A DNA stretch of 64,000 bases from Macrostomum lignano (lineage: Eukaryota): NCBI GenBank assembly GCA_002269645.1, contig NIVC01000722.1, positions 1 through 64,000 of the forward strand, given 5' to 3'. Shown here piece after piece: positions 24,979 to 37,964 of this stretch. How positions within the stretch are numbered: position 1 is the first letter of the stretch; every line of letters starts with the position of its first letter. The translations under genes and the position numbers were made by a program. The notes beneath the pieces were generated by a model. The model made no database searches. It was not told the origin of the DNA and saw only the letters and a program-made list of their open reading frames with translations.

Positions 24979-25717
24979 CAGAACTGAGACACCGAACAAA
25001 CTCTGGCAGAAAAGCCCCAGGATTAAAAAGAGGACAAGAAGATGACGGACGGCGAGAGTCAGTTTGAGGATGAGTGGCACTGTGAGGGGGTAGAGAGATG
25101 CAGCAGCCAAGAAGTAATTAAAGTTGCTGGCCGAGGTTAAGAGATCGTCCTAATGGCACACGAGGACAGTGAGGGTTTGTGGGATTTTCTCTTGGCCTGT
25201 GGGAAGATTGAGAAGGGATAAATGCGGGTCAGTCAGGCCGAGGAGCAGAGCAAAGAGGCTGGCCCCGGCAGAACAGACTAAGACTAGACTTTATTATAAT
25301 ATACTTGAGCCGTGCCCCGGCTAATCAGGTGAATAGGCTTCGGGGGAAAGTCAGATTAGATGGGGACCTAAGCCTGAGGGGATTATTAGCCTGAGATGAG
25401 GCACCGGGTGGCGTTCCAGGGGCAGACTGGGGTGAAAGCAAATTTCGATTTTTGTACTCCTTCGCATTTTCATTCTTTTTTTGAATTGCTTCTTGACAAA
25501 TAAGAGCTACCTGTGGCTTCTGCTTTCTCTGAATCAGATGCTGCGGGAGAGGCTTAGCAAACAGAGATGGAGGAGCCTTGCAGGGAGTGCTTTGACCGAA
25601 GATCAAGCACTTTATGTTTGGGGAAAGCTTTATTTACTGAAAACTCCACCTTCGCAGCCGCCCAGATGGAGCTGCGACTGGCCTGTAAAATATTTCATGA
25701 AAGCAGAGTTTCTGCGT

Positions 25718-26812
25718 CTGATTCAGATTCAGTCCGATGGGTGTCCGTGTCTGATTCAGGTGGAGTCAGATGGGTGTCTGTGTCTGATTCAGGTGGAGTC
25801 AGATGGGTGTCCGTGTCTGATTCAGGTGGAGTCAGATGGGTGTCCGTGTCTGATTCAGGTGGAGTCAGATGGGTGTCCGTGTCTGATTCAGGTGGAGTCA
25901 GGTGGGTGTCCGTGTCTGATTCAGGTGGAGTCCGATGGGTGTCCGTGTCTGATTCAGGTGGAGTCCGATGGGTGTCCGTGTCTGATTCAGGTGGAGTCCG
26001 ATGGGTGTCCGTGTCTGATTCAGGTGGAGTCAGATGGGTGTCCGTGTCTGATTCAGGTGGAGTCCGATGGGTGTCCGTGTCTGATTCAGGTGGAGTCAGG
26101 TGGGTGTCCGTGTCTGATTCAGGTGGAGTCCGATGGGTGTCCGTGTCTGATTCAGGTGGAGTCAGATGGGTGTCCGTGTCTGATTCAGGTGGAGTCAGGT
26201 GGGTGTCCGTGTCTGATTCAGGTGGAGGCAGGTGGGTGTCCGTGTCTGATTCAGATGGAGTCAGGTGGGTGTCCGTGTCTGATTCAGATTCAGTCCGATG
26301 GGTGTCCGTGTCTGATTCAGGTGGAGTCAGATGGGTGTCCGTGTCTGATTCAGATTCAGTCCGATGGGTGTCCGTGTCTGATTCAGGTGGAGTCAGATGG
26401 GTGTCCGTGTCTGATTCAGGTGGAGGCAGGTGGGTGTCCGTGTCTGATTCAGATGGAGTCAGGTGGGTGTCCGTGTCTGATTCAGATTCAGTCCGATGGG
26501 TGTCCGTGTCTGATTCAGGTGGAGTCAGGTGGGTGTCCGTGTCTGATTCAGGTGGAGTCAGATGGGTGTCCGTGTCTGATTCAGGTGGAGTCAGATGGGT
26601 GTCCGTGTCTGATTCAGGTGGAGTCAGATGGGTGTCCGTGTCTGATTCAGGTGGAGTCAGATGGGTGTCCGTGTCTGATTCAGGTGGAGTCAGATGGGTG
26701 TCCGTGTCTGATTCAGGTGGAGTCAGATGGGTGTCCGTGTCTGATTCAGGTGGAGTCAGGTGGGTGTCCGTGTCTGATTCAGGTGGAGTCAGATGGGTGT
26801 CCGTGTCTGATT
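25718..26812. repeat. 33-bp minisatellite, ~33 copies
   Basis: Unit GATGGGTGTCCGTGTCTGATTCAGGTGGAGTCA. Confidence 0.95.
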
Positions 26813-27194
26813 CTAGGGATGCTAAGGTTCCTCTCAGGCTTAGCAGCAATAAAGTTGATGATGATTTTGAGTATTTTTGCCGAGAGCGTGCCGAAGCCAG
26901 GGCCTCCCGGAGAAGCCGCCTTCCTCAGCCCGATCCATGCCGCAATGCCAAAGTGAATTTTCGCTGATTAGCGGAACTTTGAGGGAGGGGATTCGAAGAT
27001 CCGGCTGGCGTCTTGGAGTGCACCGGTTTGAGGTTGGGCTTAATTAATGAAGCTGAGATGATGGCAGCTGGCCTGCATCTCGTCACGAACGGGCCGGGTC
27101 GGAGAAAGTCAACAGGCTTGTTTTGAGGGTGAGAGCAAGGTCTCGCTATTGGCATCAGAGTTGGATAGTTAGAGTTGTCGGTTAGTTTAGGATT

Positions 27195-28400
27195 AGAGGA
27201 TTAGATAACTAGATAATTAGATGATTAGAGAATCGGCTGATTAGAGAATTAGATGATTAGATGGACGATTAGAGGATTGGATAATTAGAGGATTGGATGA
27301 TTAAGGGATTAGATTATTATGGAATTGGATGATTAGAGGATTAGATAATTAGAGGATTCGAGGATTAGATAATTAGAGGATTGGATGATTAGAGGATTAG
27401 ATAACTAGAGAATCGGAGAATGAGAGGATTAGATAATTAGAGGATTCGAGGATTCGAGGATTAGATAATTAGAGGATTGTATGATTAGAGGATTAGATAA
27501 TTAGAGAATCGGAGAATTAGAGGATTAGATAATTAGAGGATTCGAGGATTCGAGGATTAGATAATTAGAGGATTGGATGATTAGAGGATTAGATAACTAG
27601 AGAATCGGAGAATGAGAGGCTTAGATAATTAGAGGATTCGAGGATTCGAGGATTAGATAATTAGAGGATTGGATGATTAGAGGATTAGATAACTAGAGAA
27701 TCGGAGAATGAGAGGCTTAGATAATTAGAGGATTCGAGGATTCGAGGATTAGATAATTAGAGGATTGTTTGATTAGAGGATTAGATAATTAGAGAATCGG
27801 AGAATTAGAGGATTAGATAATTAGAGGATTCGAGGATTCGAGGATTAGATAATTAGAGGATTGGATGATTAGAGGATTAGAGAATTAGAGAATCGGAGAA
27901 TTAGAGAATTAGATAATTAGAGGATTCGAGGATTAGATAATTAGAGGATTGGATGATTAGAGGATTAGAGAATTAGAGAATCGGAGAATTAGAGGATTAG
28001 ATAATTAGAGGATTGGATGATTAGAGGATTAGATAATTAGAGAATCGGAGAATGAGAGGATTAGATAATTAGAGGATTCGAGGATTCGAGGATTAGATAA
28101 TTAGAAGATTGTATGATTAGAGGATTAGATAATTAGAGAATCGGAGAATGAGAGGATTAGATAATTAGAGGATTGGATGATTAGAGGATTAGAGAATTAG
28201 AGAATAGGAGAATTAGAGGATTAGATAATTAGAGGATTGGATGATTGGAGAATTAGAGAATTAGAGAATTAGATGGATGATAAGAGGATTAGAGGATTAG
28301 AAGATTAGATAATTACAGAATTGAATGATTAAAGGATTAGCTAAATAGAGAATTGATTTATTAGATGATTAGAGACTTAGAGACTTGGATGATTAAACGA
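27195..28400. repeat. TTAGAGGA/TTAGATAA-based satellite with higher-order structure
   Basis: Recurring blocks TTAGAGGATTAGATAATTAGAGGATTCGAGGATTCGAGG. Confidence 0.9.
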
Positions 28401-29954
28401 TTATATAATTAGAGGATCCGATTGTAAAAGAATCAGATGATCAAAGATGTGCTGAGCAGAGGATCAGAGAATCAGGCTATTACAATATTGCCGAGACTGT
28501 AGCAGCCATACTCGGAGCAGATGAGTCGCAGCAATCTCTCCCTCCCTGCTTCATCACTGCCGGCTCAGAATAGTGCAGCAGTCTGGCCGTTAATCGGGTT
28601 AGGGGCTTGCTCAGCACACACAGACAGACACTGAGAGAGATAGATGAGCCCCCTAGCACTGAGCACACTTGGGATAAATAACGTAGGGAATGATGCAGAA
28701 TAGGGAGCTGGCCTGAAGCATTTGTGTGTGTATGTATGTCGCCCTCGGCCTCCCCTGCCTCGGCCGACCCTCCCCCCCCCCCTGTGCCCGCGCGGTTCGC
28801 CGGCATAATGAAAGGCGCTGTTGCCCCATAAAGCAGTTCTGATGAATCGATAGATAAGCCTCATGGGGCTCTGCTCAGCTGGAGGAGCCTCCGGGACAAA
28901 AAACAAGTCTCTCACTTCACACTTTTTGCCCGCTCATCTTATTAGCTAGGATATCGCCGTCCCGGTAATGATGATGATGACTGATGATAATGAAGGAGGC
29001 TGGACAGTCCGACTCGATTATTTTCTATCCCCAGTGCTATAGCAGCAAGAAGCGCCCCCCCGCAGGGGATATGCAGACGGAAATTGGCTTTTGCTTGGCT
29101 AAATGCTCGTGTTCTCTCGGACTGGCCCAGCTTTTCAGGAAGAAATACGACAGACACACATTAGGGACTGGCTGTCAGTCAGGCTGTCTCTGCCACTGAG
29201 CTGAGGAGGAAAGTGTGCCAAAGGTACAGCTCTGCTTAGTTTAGCCGAAAGACTGCATGCAGCCTAACATCCCACCCCCCTCACCCCAGCTTTTTCTGAG
29301 TTCGGTTGGAGAGTCGGACGGACAGCTGGAGCTCAGATGAAGGATGGCTGGGAGGTAGGGAGAGAGGGAAGACTTGAGAATTTGTTAAAAGCAATGCCGA
29401 ACTGGAGGCTGGGGGAGGATGGAGGAGTGTGCAGAGCATACAGACAGACTTGAGCTCAAAAGCTCAAAACCCTTAGCGCCGTTATAATCCGGCACTGATA
29501 TGCCCTCCTATCGGCCAATCCCAGTTGCCGAAAACTGAAATCCCCTTTCTTTATTCCTTTCTTCAGTTCCCTGTGCTTACATTTTTTCACCCGCTGCAGG
29601 CTCCCCCCTCTCCGCTCCACCCCCTAAGTCTTCAGTTTTCCCCCAGCCTAAGCCATTAATCCGGCGGGCCTGCCCATTAAGCCTGCCAAAGCCCCGTGCT
29701 GGCCATATAATATAGTTCGAAATGGTCGTCTCGCCTCTCTGTGTTTATACTTTCTTCATCGTTTTAGTTGCTAAGCATTAAAAAATCACTATCTTTTGGG
29801 GTTGGGTTATGAATTCTGAGAATCGTCCGTCGGAACCCCAGCCGATAGAAAAGTACTCTCAAAGAAGCAGTAAATAAGATCAGCGTATGAAATATTGCTG
29901 ATCAGAAATTTTTGTTCGATTCCAAATTCACTAGAGATTCGGAAATATCTTTCT

Positions 29955-30815
29955 CGTATCTATGGCGTATCTTTATGGCTTATCGATTGCGTGTCTTAAT
30001 AGCTTATCTATGGCGTGTCTTTATGGCTTATCTATGGCGTGTCTTAATAGCTTATCTATGGAGTGTCTTAATAGCTTATCTATTGCGCGTCTTCATGGTT
30101 TATCTATGGGTTGTCTTTATGGCTTATCTATGAGTTGTCTTTATCGATTATGTATGGGTTGTCTTTATGGCTTATCTATGGGTGTCTTTATGGCTTATCT
30201 ATTGCGTGTCTTCATGGTTTATCTATGGGTTGTCTTTATGGCTTATCTATGGGTTGTCTTTATGGCTTGTCTATGGGTGTCTTTATGGCTTATCTATTGC
30301 GTGTCTTCATGGTTTATCTATGGGTTGTCTTTATGGCTTATCTATGGGTGTCTTTATGGCTTATCTATGGGTGTCTTTATGGCTTATCTATGGGTGTCTT
30401 CATGGTTTATCTATGGGTTGTCTTTATGGCTTATCTATGGGTGTCTTTATGAGACCTATGGGTCTATACGAGCGTAGATTAACTATGAGGTGTCTATAAG
30501 GGAAATATGGGTGTCTTACGGGGTATCTAGAAACTATTTCTAGAGACTAGAATCTAGTTGTCTATCTAATATCTCTATTTAATATCTAAGGAGATAAAGA
30601 CTACTTAAAGCTAGGGGCTAGATCTAGAGACTAAGTATCTATAGACTGTCTATAGGTTGTCTAGAGACTGTCTATGGGTTACCTAGAGACTGTCTATGGG
30701 GTTATCTAGAGACTGTCTATGGGGTTATCTAGAGACTGTCTATGGGTTATCTAGAGACTGTCTATGGGGTTATCTAGAGACTGTCTATGGGGTTATCTAG
30801 AAACTGTCTATGGAG
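29955..30815. repeat. Two related TCTATGG-core minisatellites (29955-30475, 24-25 bp; 30640-30815, ~23 bp)
   Basis: TATCTATGGG(T)TGTCTTTATGGCT and TCTAGAGACTGTCTATGGGGTTA. Confidence 0.9.
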
Positions 30816-31394
30816 TCCCTCTGTAATGTGTGAATGTAAATCCCTCTGTAAATGTAAAGCACTCGGTGATTCACGCTCAGTAGAACAAGCTGGTCACGCG
30901 GCCTGATTACTTGTGCAGGGAGTTGTGCCGCGGCAAAAATCCCTGTGGGAAATCATGCCCCTCGCATTTTCGTGTTTCTTTCGCACGCAAAGAAAAATAG
31001 GCCTGCTCGCATCCCCCCACTCCGCGTGTCCCGCGCCTCTGTCTCCTCAATTTGAGCATAATTTCTTACAAAGCTGCGCCCTCCCCGGGGGAGCATGACG
31101 GGCAACAAGTGTGTAGCAGACTACAGCGGATGTCGAGCAGACGCTGCGACACGGGCTGGAGGGAGGGGCGGTATTTCCGTGACTGATCCAGAATTTTAAT
31201 GGAAATTTTTAATTAATGACTTGCGAGAGGGGCTTGACAACAGAGCTAGGTGAATACTAAGATTGTGGACCACATAGGGTAACTTGGGACCATATAAGGT
31301 GATTTGAGACTATACAGAGTCATTGGGGACCATATGGGGTCATTGGGGACCATGTAGGGTCAATGGAGACTAAGTATGGTCGTTGGGGATAATG

Positions 31395-31595
31395 TAGGGT
31401 CATTGGAGACGATATGACCGTGACCAGGGACCATATGACCGTGACTGTGGGTCATATGACCGTGACCAGGGACCATATGACCGTGACTGTGGGTCATATG
31501 ACCGTGACCAGGGACCATATGACCGTGACCGGGGACCATATGACCGTGACCGGGGACCATATGACCGTGACCGGGGACCATATGACCGCGACCGG
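31395..31595. repeat. 21-bp minisatellite with a 42-bp dimer phase
   Basis: CATATGACCGTGACCGGGGAC alternating with ...GACTGTGGGT. Confidence 0.9.
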
Positions 31596-33146
31596 GTATT
31601 ATAAATCGATGGAGGCATCACAGAACTGCATTTCACAAACCCATAGCGCAATAAAATAAATGACTCTAAGGAATTTTCATATGTACAATAAAAATATTTC
31701 CAAATTTGAACACAGCGGACGCAACAGCAGCAGCAGCAGAAGACACTGCCTGACTGTTTGACATTTACGAGATTTATAACGGGGGTTCAGTAAGCATTGG
31801 CGTCGCTGGATGCGGTTTTATGGCCGGGCGGCTAAGCGATATTTATGCTGCATCTCAGAGGCAGTGCACAGATGAAGCGACCCGCCCGGATTCAGGTATT
31901 ATGACTGCCGCCAATCTGCAGAATTCAACAGGGGGGGGGGGGGCGGCATCCATTCTGTGCAGCTAAGAGAGACAGAGAGAGGGGGGATTTTTCCCATCAG
32001 GCGCGGGTCCGGATCTGCCGCAGCAGGGGGGGGGGAGGGGGTCGGCAGCCCGTGAGGAAATGCGAGAGTGGAGCTTCTGGGATTTTCAGCCTCCCCTACA
32101 GTAGGGTAAGGTAATGGGAGGAGCGGAAGGTTTCAAATCCCAAAATGGGAGAATTTAGGTTTTTCACTGAAAACTGGGCTGGCTATTTTACCCTTGACGG
32201 CACGTGCTTGAAATCCCGGCCAGGTTACTGGTAATTAAGGCCACAGTTTTCAGCCGCGCTTAAGATGGGAGTTGCGCAGAATTCCTAAGCTGGGATTTGT
32301 TGTGTAAAATGTAAATGATTGACACTGCAGCAGCAGACAAAAACAGACTTGAATCAGAACTAGAACTTAGTCGACTGCCGATATGTATCGTTAACAACTT
32401 TATCATCAAGGATATTCTTCTTAAAATATTTCATGCACTTATATGAGTAGCTATCTATATCTGTGTAAATGCCGATATGTATCGAAAATAACTTTATAAA
32501 GCATATTAATAACTAAGATTTTTCTCGGACCTAAATCTATAGTTGTGCCAAATGCCGATATGTATCGTAATCTACATTATGAAGCATATTTTTATATACA
32601 ACAAATGCTGAATACTACTGGACTCTCACATGCGCCCTCACGCGATCATAACTTGAAAGAGATAATCCCCTCCCCTCAGATGAATGCACCAGACGGAGGA
32701 AGGATTTAGGGGCATCGCAGAATCTGCGCAAGCCATTCAATTACAGGGATGAGCGGCGATGCAGAGAGAGCAGGGGCGGAGCAGCTAGCGGTGCCTTCAA
32801 TAGCCCGCCGGGCTGGGGGGGCACAGATAATTGAGGGGAAACGCGAAACCTGCGAGCTGGTGGGGAGGGCGGCCTCCTACGGAGGGAGGGGAAGCCTCCC
32901 AGAGCTGCCGGCCCTCTTCGAGTCGCTTGGCCGACTCCGATGGGATTTGCGGGCCACAATGGGACATGAGACTCGGGCCGGGGGGGGGGGCGCAGGCCGA
33001 GGCTTGCGCAGTCAGGAAGCGCCGCAAATGAAACAGTCTGGACGGGGCAATGCGAAATGAATGGCTGAATGCATTGGGACTTTGTGTGGAGCTCGGCTGC
33101 AGCTGCGGAGGGGGTGAGGGAAGGGGACTTAGAAAAGGTGAGAGGG

Positions 33147-33632
33147 AGACTCAGAGAGCGACTCAGAGAGCGACTCAGAGAGACTCAGAGAGCGACTCAG
33201 AGAGCGACTCAGAGAGCGACTCAGGGAGCGACTCAGAGAGCGACTCAGAGAGCGACTCAGAGAGACTCAGAGAGCGACTCAGAGAGCGACTCAGAGAGAC
33301 TCAGAGAGCGACTCAGAGAGCGACTCAGAGAGCGACTCAGAGAGACTCAGAGAGCGACTCAGAGAGATCCAGTGAGAGACTCAGTGAGAGACTCAGTGAG
33401 AGACTCAGAGAGAGACTCAGAAAAAGACTCAGGGAGAGACTCAGAGAGACTCAGAGAGCGACTCAGAGAGCGACTCAGAGAGCGACTCAGAGAGCGACTC
33501 AGAGAGCGACTCAGAGAGCGACTCAGAGAGCGACTCAGAGAGACTCAGAGAGCGACTCAGAGAGATCCAGTGAGAGACTCAGAGAGAGACTCAGAAAAAG
33601 ACTCAGGGAGAGACTCAGAGAGACTCAGAGAA
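33147..33632. repeat. 12-bp minisatellite
   Basis: Unit GACTCAGAGAGC with 10-bp variants. Confidence 0.92.
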
Positions 33633-34364
33633 AGGCAGGCAGACAAAGGAGACTCATGCGCGAAAAGAGAATATGCGAGACGGAGTCTTCAGCGAATAGG
33701 AAACTGTAGTTCGTACGGGGGTTACAGCGAGACTGGAAGTCTAAAAAGGGAAGGAGACACACGCGCTGTCCCAGCATAAAGGCGAGTGAGCTATCGCAGA
33801 AAAATTAATAATTTCTACGCACTGGCCAGCAAGGGGCCAAATGAGTGCATATGCTGGACGAGTAAAAGAAGAAGATACGAGATTTCAAAGCAAACGAGAC
33901 AGAGCTGCCTTCTTCTGCTGGCTTCCTCTGAAAAGAAGAAGACGACGGGAAGACCGCAGTTAAATTTTGTGCCGGAGAAGAGAGATGGGGCAAGGCATGA
34001 CAAGCTGGTGGGAGGCTGGGCTCCCCATCTGCCACCCCCATCTTCTGGGGATAAGCGCTGTTCGTCTCACACTCGTCTGCTCTCAGCAGACAGGCGGGCA
34101 GAGACTGAAGTTTGTCGAAAAAAGAAGCTGCAACCGGGACGGAATGCTCAGCAAGTGGCAAGATGCAGCCAAATCGGGTCAAGAGCACGCCAGCTCTGGG
34201 AGAACTCGAATATTCTTCAGCTCTCAGTGCAGCGGCTACATAGAATTGATGGACTTATTAAGGCTAAGAAAGCATAAAAACTGATCTGCAGAGGTCAATC
34301 ATACGAGGTCAATCATCGTAGTTGACTCATTCATGATTGATAGCTCGTATGCCTGGATCTCCCT

Positions 34365-34425
34365 GCTCTCTCCCAGTCTCCCTCTAATTTCTCTCCCACT
34401 GTCCTAATCTCTCCCAGGCTCCTTC

Positions 34426-34501
<76 letters not shown>

Positions 34502-34620
34502 CCAGTCTCCTTCTAATCTCTCCCCCAGTCTTCTTCTAATCTCTCCCCCAGTCTCCTTCTAATCTCTCCCAGTTACCGTCAGTCTCCGCCCTCAATCTCT
34601 CTTAATCTCCCCAGTCTACC
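34365..34620. repeat. CT-rich microsatellite and degenerate CAGTCTCC..AATCTCTCC units
   Basis: Read directly. Confidence 0.8.
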
Positions 34621-34674
34621 CTGATTTCTCTCGCCATCTCAGCCTCATCATACAGAATCCTGAGCTAATAAGCT

Positions 34675-36987
34675 TTAACCTCTTCCGAACTGAAGAGGAT
34701 TTTATTCATCTCCGTTCCGGTCGGATGGTAAGCAGCGCTTACCATAGACTATTCCTTTCAGCAGAATGGTTTGCTAAGTCTGTGGTCATTCCAGTCTGAT
34801 AAAAAGACATTGACTATGAATAAGGCCCAAAACTAAGTCTCCATAAACTAACATAGAAAGTTTTACAGCTGAAGATTATGGCTGCACTCATGGAAGAATT
34901 TGAAAGTTTTTCCGATTCGGACTTAATGACGTCCGATGAAGAAGAAGACATCATGTCAGAGGACGATTATGGTGAGTCGGACGGCCAGAGCACTGCCGAA
35001 GAGACGGAAGAGCTGTCTTGGCATTCTGTAGTTGCTGGGCATGACGTGCAAGCGAATGTGCACGAGTTTCTAGGGACACCTGGACTGAATCCAGGAATTT
35101 GCGTACCTGGTGATGTTGAGCAGGCAACGTCCTTTTTTCTCGGTCTTTTTTTGTCCAATAGCCTTTTCGAAGAACTGGCAAAATGGACTAATCGAAGAGC
35201 CTGGGCGGCGATCCACTCTGTCAATGTCGACGACCTGCCTCGGAGTTTTGCGCAATGGAGAGATTGCAGTGCGAATGAAGTAAAGAAAGTGTTAGGAATG
35301 TGCCTTTACATGGGTTCCAATAAAAAGGCCGAAATGAACGAGTACTGGAGCACAGACAGTTACTACAGTACGCCGTACTTTCAAGCACCTCAAGCTCTCT
35401 CTAGGGACCGCTTCAAGCAGCTACTTGGTCTGCTCCGTTTCTACGATTGCGCTGAGGATCCGATTGTCAACGATCCTCTCTTTAAGATCCGTCCGTTGCT
35501 GCAGGCTTTGAAAGAGGCTTGTATTAATGTGTACAGGCCCGAGGAGGATGTGAGCGTGGATGAGTCTTTGGTGCTGTACAAAGGTCGCCTGCGCTTTAAG
35601 CAATATATTCCAACGAAGCGGGCTAAGTACGGAATAAAGCTATATTGTGCATGTGAGGCCAAATCAGGCTACCTGTACAACTTCCGCGTTCACTCGACCC
35701 CAGAGGAGAACCGCCGGTTCGATGAACAGTTGCAGGGAGACAATCTGTCCTTCAGCGAGAAGATTGTTGTTGAGCTCTGCTACAACTTGTTGCACCAAGG
35801 CTACCGCATCTTTGTCGATAAATGGTTCGGTTCCTATCGGCTGTCAGAGTACCTGCTGACTCAAGGAACGCACCTGACTTGTACCGTCCGGGCCGACCGA
35901 GGTGTGCCGATTGAGCTCAGACAGCTGCACGTTCCACCTAACGACGTCGCCTTCATGCGCAAAGACGGGGTGCTGGCTGTCAAGATCGTTGAACGAAAGG
36001 AGAGTGGCCTGAAGACTCTGTATTTGCTGAACACGAAAGAGGCGGCTGAGAGGGTTCAAACCAGACGCGTGGTTCGTGGAGGAGCAGAAACAGTGGTGCA
36101 GAAGAGCAGGTCAGTTCTCACCTACAATCGGTGCATGGGTGGTGTTGACAGAATGGACAGTCATCTACAGCCTCATCTGCCAGGGAGGAAAACTACAAAG
36201 TGGTTTTTGAAGCTCGGCTTGCATCTTTTTCTTCAAATGATTCGCAACGCTTGGATTGTGTACAGCCGGTGCGGTGGAGAGAAGACGTTCGCCAAGTTTC
36301 TTGAGGCCAGCATTCGGGAGCTGGTGGAGCGTACCGGAAGGAGCAGGAAGCGCCCGGCCGCTGGCATCCAGGCCGCTCCAGGTGGCCCAGTCAGTCCGCA
36401 CTTTCCAACGAAGATTGTGGCGCGGGACAGTCAGCCAAGACCAACAAAGCGCTGTCGTGTCTGCTACAGAGCTGGAAGCAGCAAACGCACGATCTACTGC
36501 TGCCCTGAGTGTCCAGGGGAACCGGGGCTCTGCTTGGAAGCCTGCTTTCAGCAGTGGCATGCCTGATCTTCGACTGCGATTTGGACTAAGTCTGCCTTAA
36601 TGAATCTATTTGAAGGCAACTGTTCACTCGAACTTAGTCAAAATATAATGCAAGTCAGTATATTTTAATGTAGTTTGTATGTTTACTGAGTTATTATGTT
36701 TATTTAAAGTTTAAAGTTGTCTAACACATATCACAATGTTATTTTTTGCGTTTTGGAGTACTTTTGCATCTAAATGTACGATCTGTACGATCTGCTTACT
36801 TTTGTTTTACTTTGTTAAAATATTTTTCGTATGATTTTTTCTTCAGTCGAGTTGTTTCCAGACCGTGAATAATCTGTAGCAGATTTCAACCAACTGCGGT
36901 ATAAAAGGCAAATTTTTTATTTGGAAGGATAAAAGTAAAGCTAGTTCCTTTTTGAATAAATATTTGTCCATGACCCCTAATGGCTGA

Positions 36988-37022
<35 letters not shown>

Positions 37023-37220
37023 GTTTTGAAGAGCTGCTCAATCTGATTTTCCTAACTTCAATTCTACCCTGGTATGGCAAGCTCTGCTTACCATAGCCGA
37101 CCGGAACGGCCTGTGGCCAGCCATAGACTTATAGAGACTTTCCTCACTCGCGAAAGTTTAGGCTTGGATTGGAGTGTCAGCGTGGTAAGCACTGCTTACC
37201 ATCAGGCTGCTGGCGGTTAA
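34675..37220 (+). mobile_element. piggyBac DNA transposon, probable full length, TTAA-flanked
   Basis: TTAA at 34675-34678 and 37217-37220. The 19-bp palindrome TGGTAAGC-NNN-GCTTACCA occurs at 34726, 37075 (1 mismatch) and 37183. 34712-34745 is an inverted match to 37074-37109. The outermost bases of the two ends match poorly. Confidence 0.75.
34878..36566 (+). CDS. piggyBac transposase (PGBD4-like), 562 aa, uninterrupted ORF
   Basis: Acidic N-terminus. SRDRF..LLG.LRF motif. Catalytic aspartates in SVDESLV, FVDKWF and MGGVDRMD. C-terminal cysteine-rich domain (CRVC...TIYCCPEC...LCLEACFQQWH). Confidence 0.95.
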   Translation: MAALMEEFESFSDSDLMTSDEEEDIMSEDDYGESDGQSTAEETEELSWHSVVAGHDVQANVHEFLGTPGLNPGICVPGDVEQATSFFLGLFLSNSLFEELAKWTNRRAWAAIHSVNVDDLPRSFAQWRDCSANEVKKVLGMCLYMGSNKKAEMNEYWSTDSYYSTPYFQAPQALSRDRFKQLLGLLRFYDCAEDPIVNDPLFKIRPLLQALKEACINVYRPEEDVSVDESLVLYKGRLRFKQYIPTKRAKYGIKLYCACEAKSGYLYNFRVHSTPEENRRFDEQLQGDNLSFSEKIVVELCYNLLHQGYRIFVDKWFGSYRLSEYLLTQGTHLTCTVRADRGVPIELRQLHVPPNDVAFMRKDGVLAVKIVERKESGLKTLYLLNTKEAAERVQTRRVVRGGAETVVQKSRSVLTYNRCMGGVDRMDSHLQPHLPGRKTTKWFLKLGLHLFLQMIRNAWIVYSRCGGEKTFAKFLEASIRELVERTGRSRKRPAAGIQAAPGGPVSPHFPTKIVARDSQPRPTKRCRVCYRAGSSKRTIYCCPECPGEPGLCLEACFQQWHA

Positions 37221-37964
37221 AGTACATCTCAGACTGCCCAGCGAACCGTCAAAGCATGCCAGAGGTTGAAGCGGAAGCACTCGGTTTGCTAACGCTTGTG
37301 CATTACGAGCGTAGTGTGTTGAAGCCAGCCCTGAAACGACCGCTCGCACCCGGAAGCAGCAGGCCATCCAGCAGCAGCAGCAGCAGCAGCAGGAGCAGCA
37401 GCGATCACCACCAACCATTTCGAGCGAGTGGAATTCGACTAAAACAGCTTCCGGAGCAGCGGCCGAAGCGCTGTCAGCCTCCCCTCTCTACATCTAGCTT
37501 TATTCTATGTGTAGAATATTAACTCCTAGAAAGTTGCACTTTGCGGAGCCATTGCGCTCGCTATAGCTTTCACCCCAACCCATCATCGATTTGCGGAGGG
37601 CCGAGACGCTATAAAATAGGGCAATAATTCAGTGAAAAAAACGAAGAAAGCACACGCCAGGCCGGACAAAACCAGGACTTTTTAAGCCGTTCTTCATCGC
37701 CCTTAGTCGAGTTGCTGGGAGAGGGGGAAAAATCCCACTCCAACTGCAGGGGATTCTCAAGCCTTCCCACCCTTTCTCTCCCCTTCTTACCGCCCAGCTC
37801 ACCGCGAACAAGGAGGCCTGCAACTGCACATCTGGAAATGGCTGTTTCTGTTCACTGACGCTCGCTTTTTGTCCGAGGCTATTAAAATTAAAGACTCAGC
37901 AAAGCCGAGAAGTCTCCCATCTTCTAGCCCTGACAACTGCCTCAACTCTCAAAATCTGCTTCTA

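Noticed and set aside
25481-26967. Long Cys- or Ser-rich ORFs (GCPCLIQVESD; VSVSDSGGVRW)
   Set aside because: A 33-bp satellite open in several frames on both strands; variants show no frame preference.
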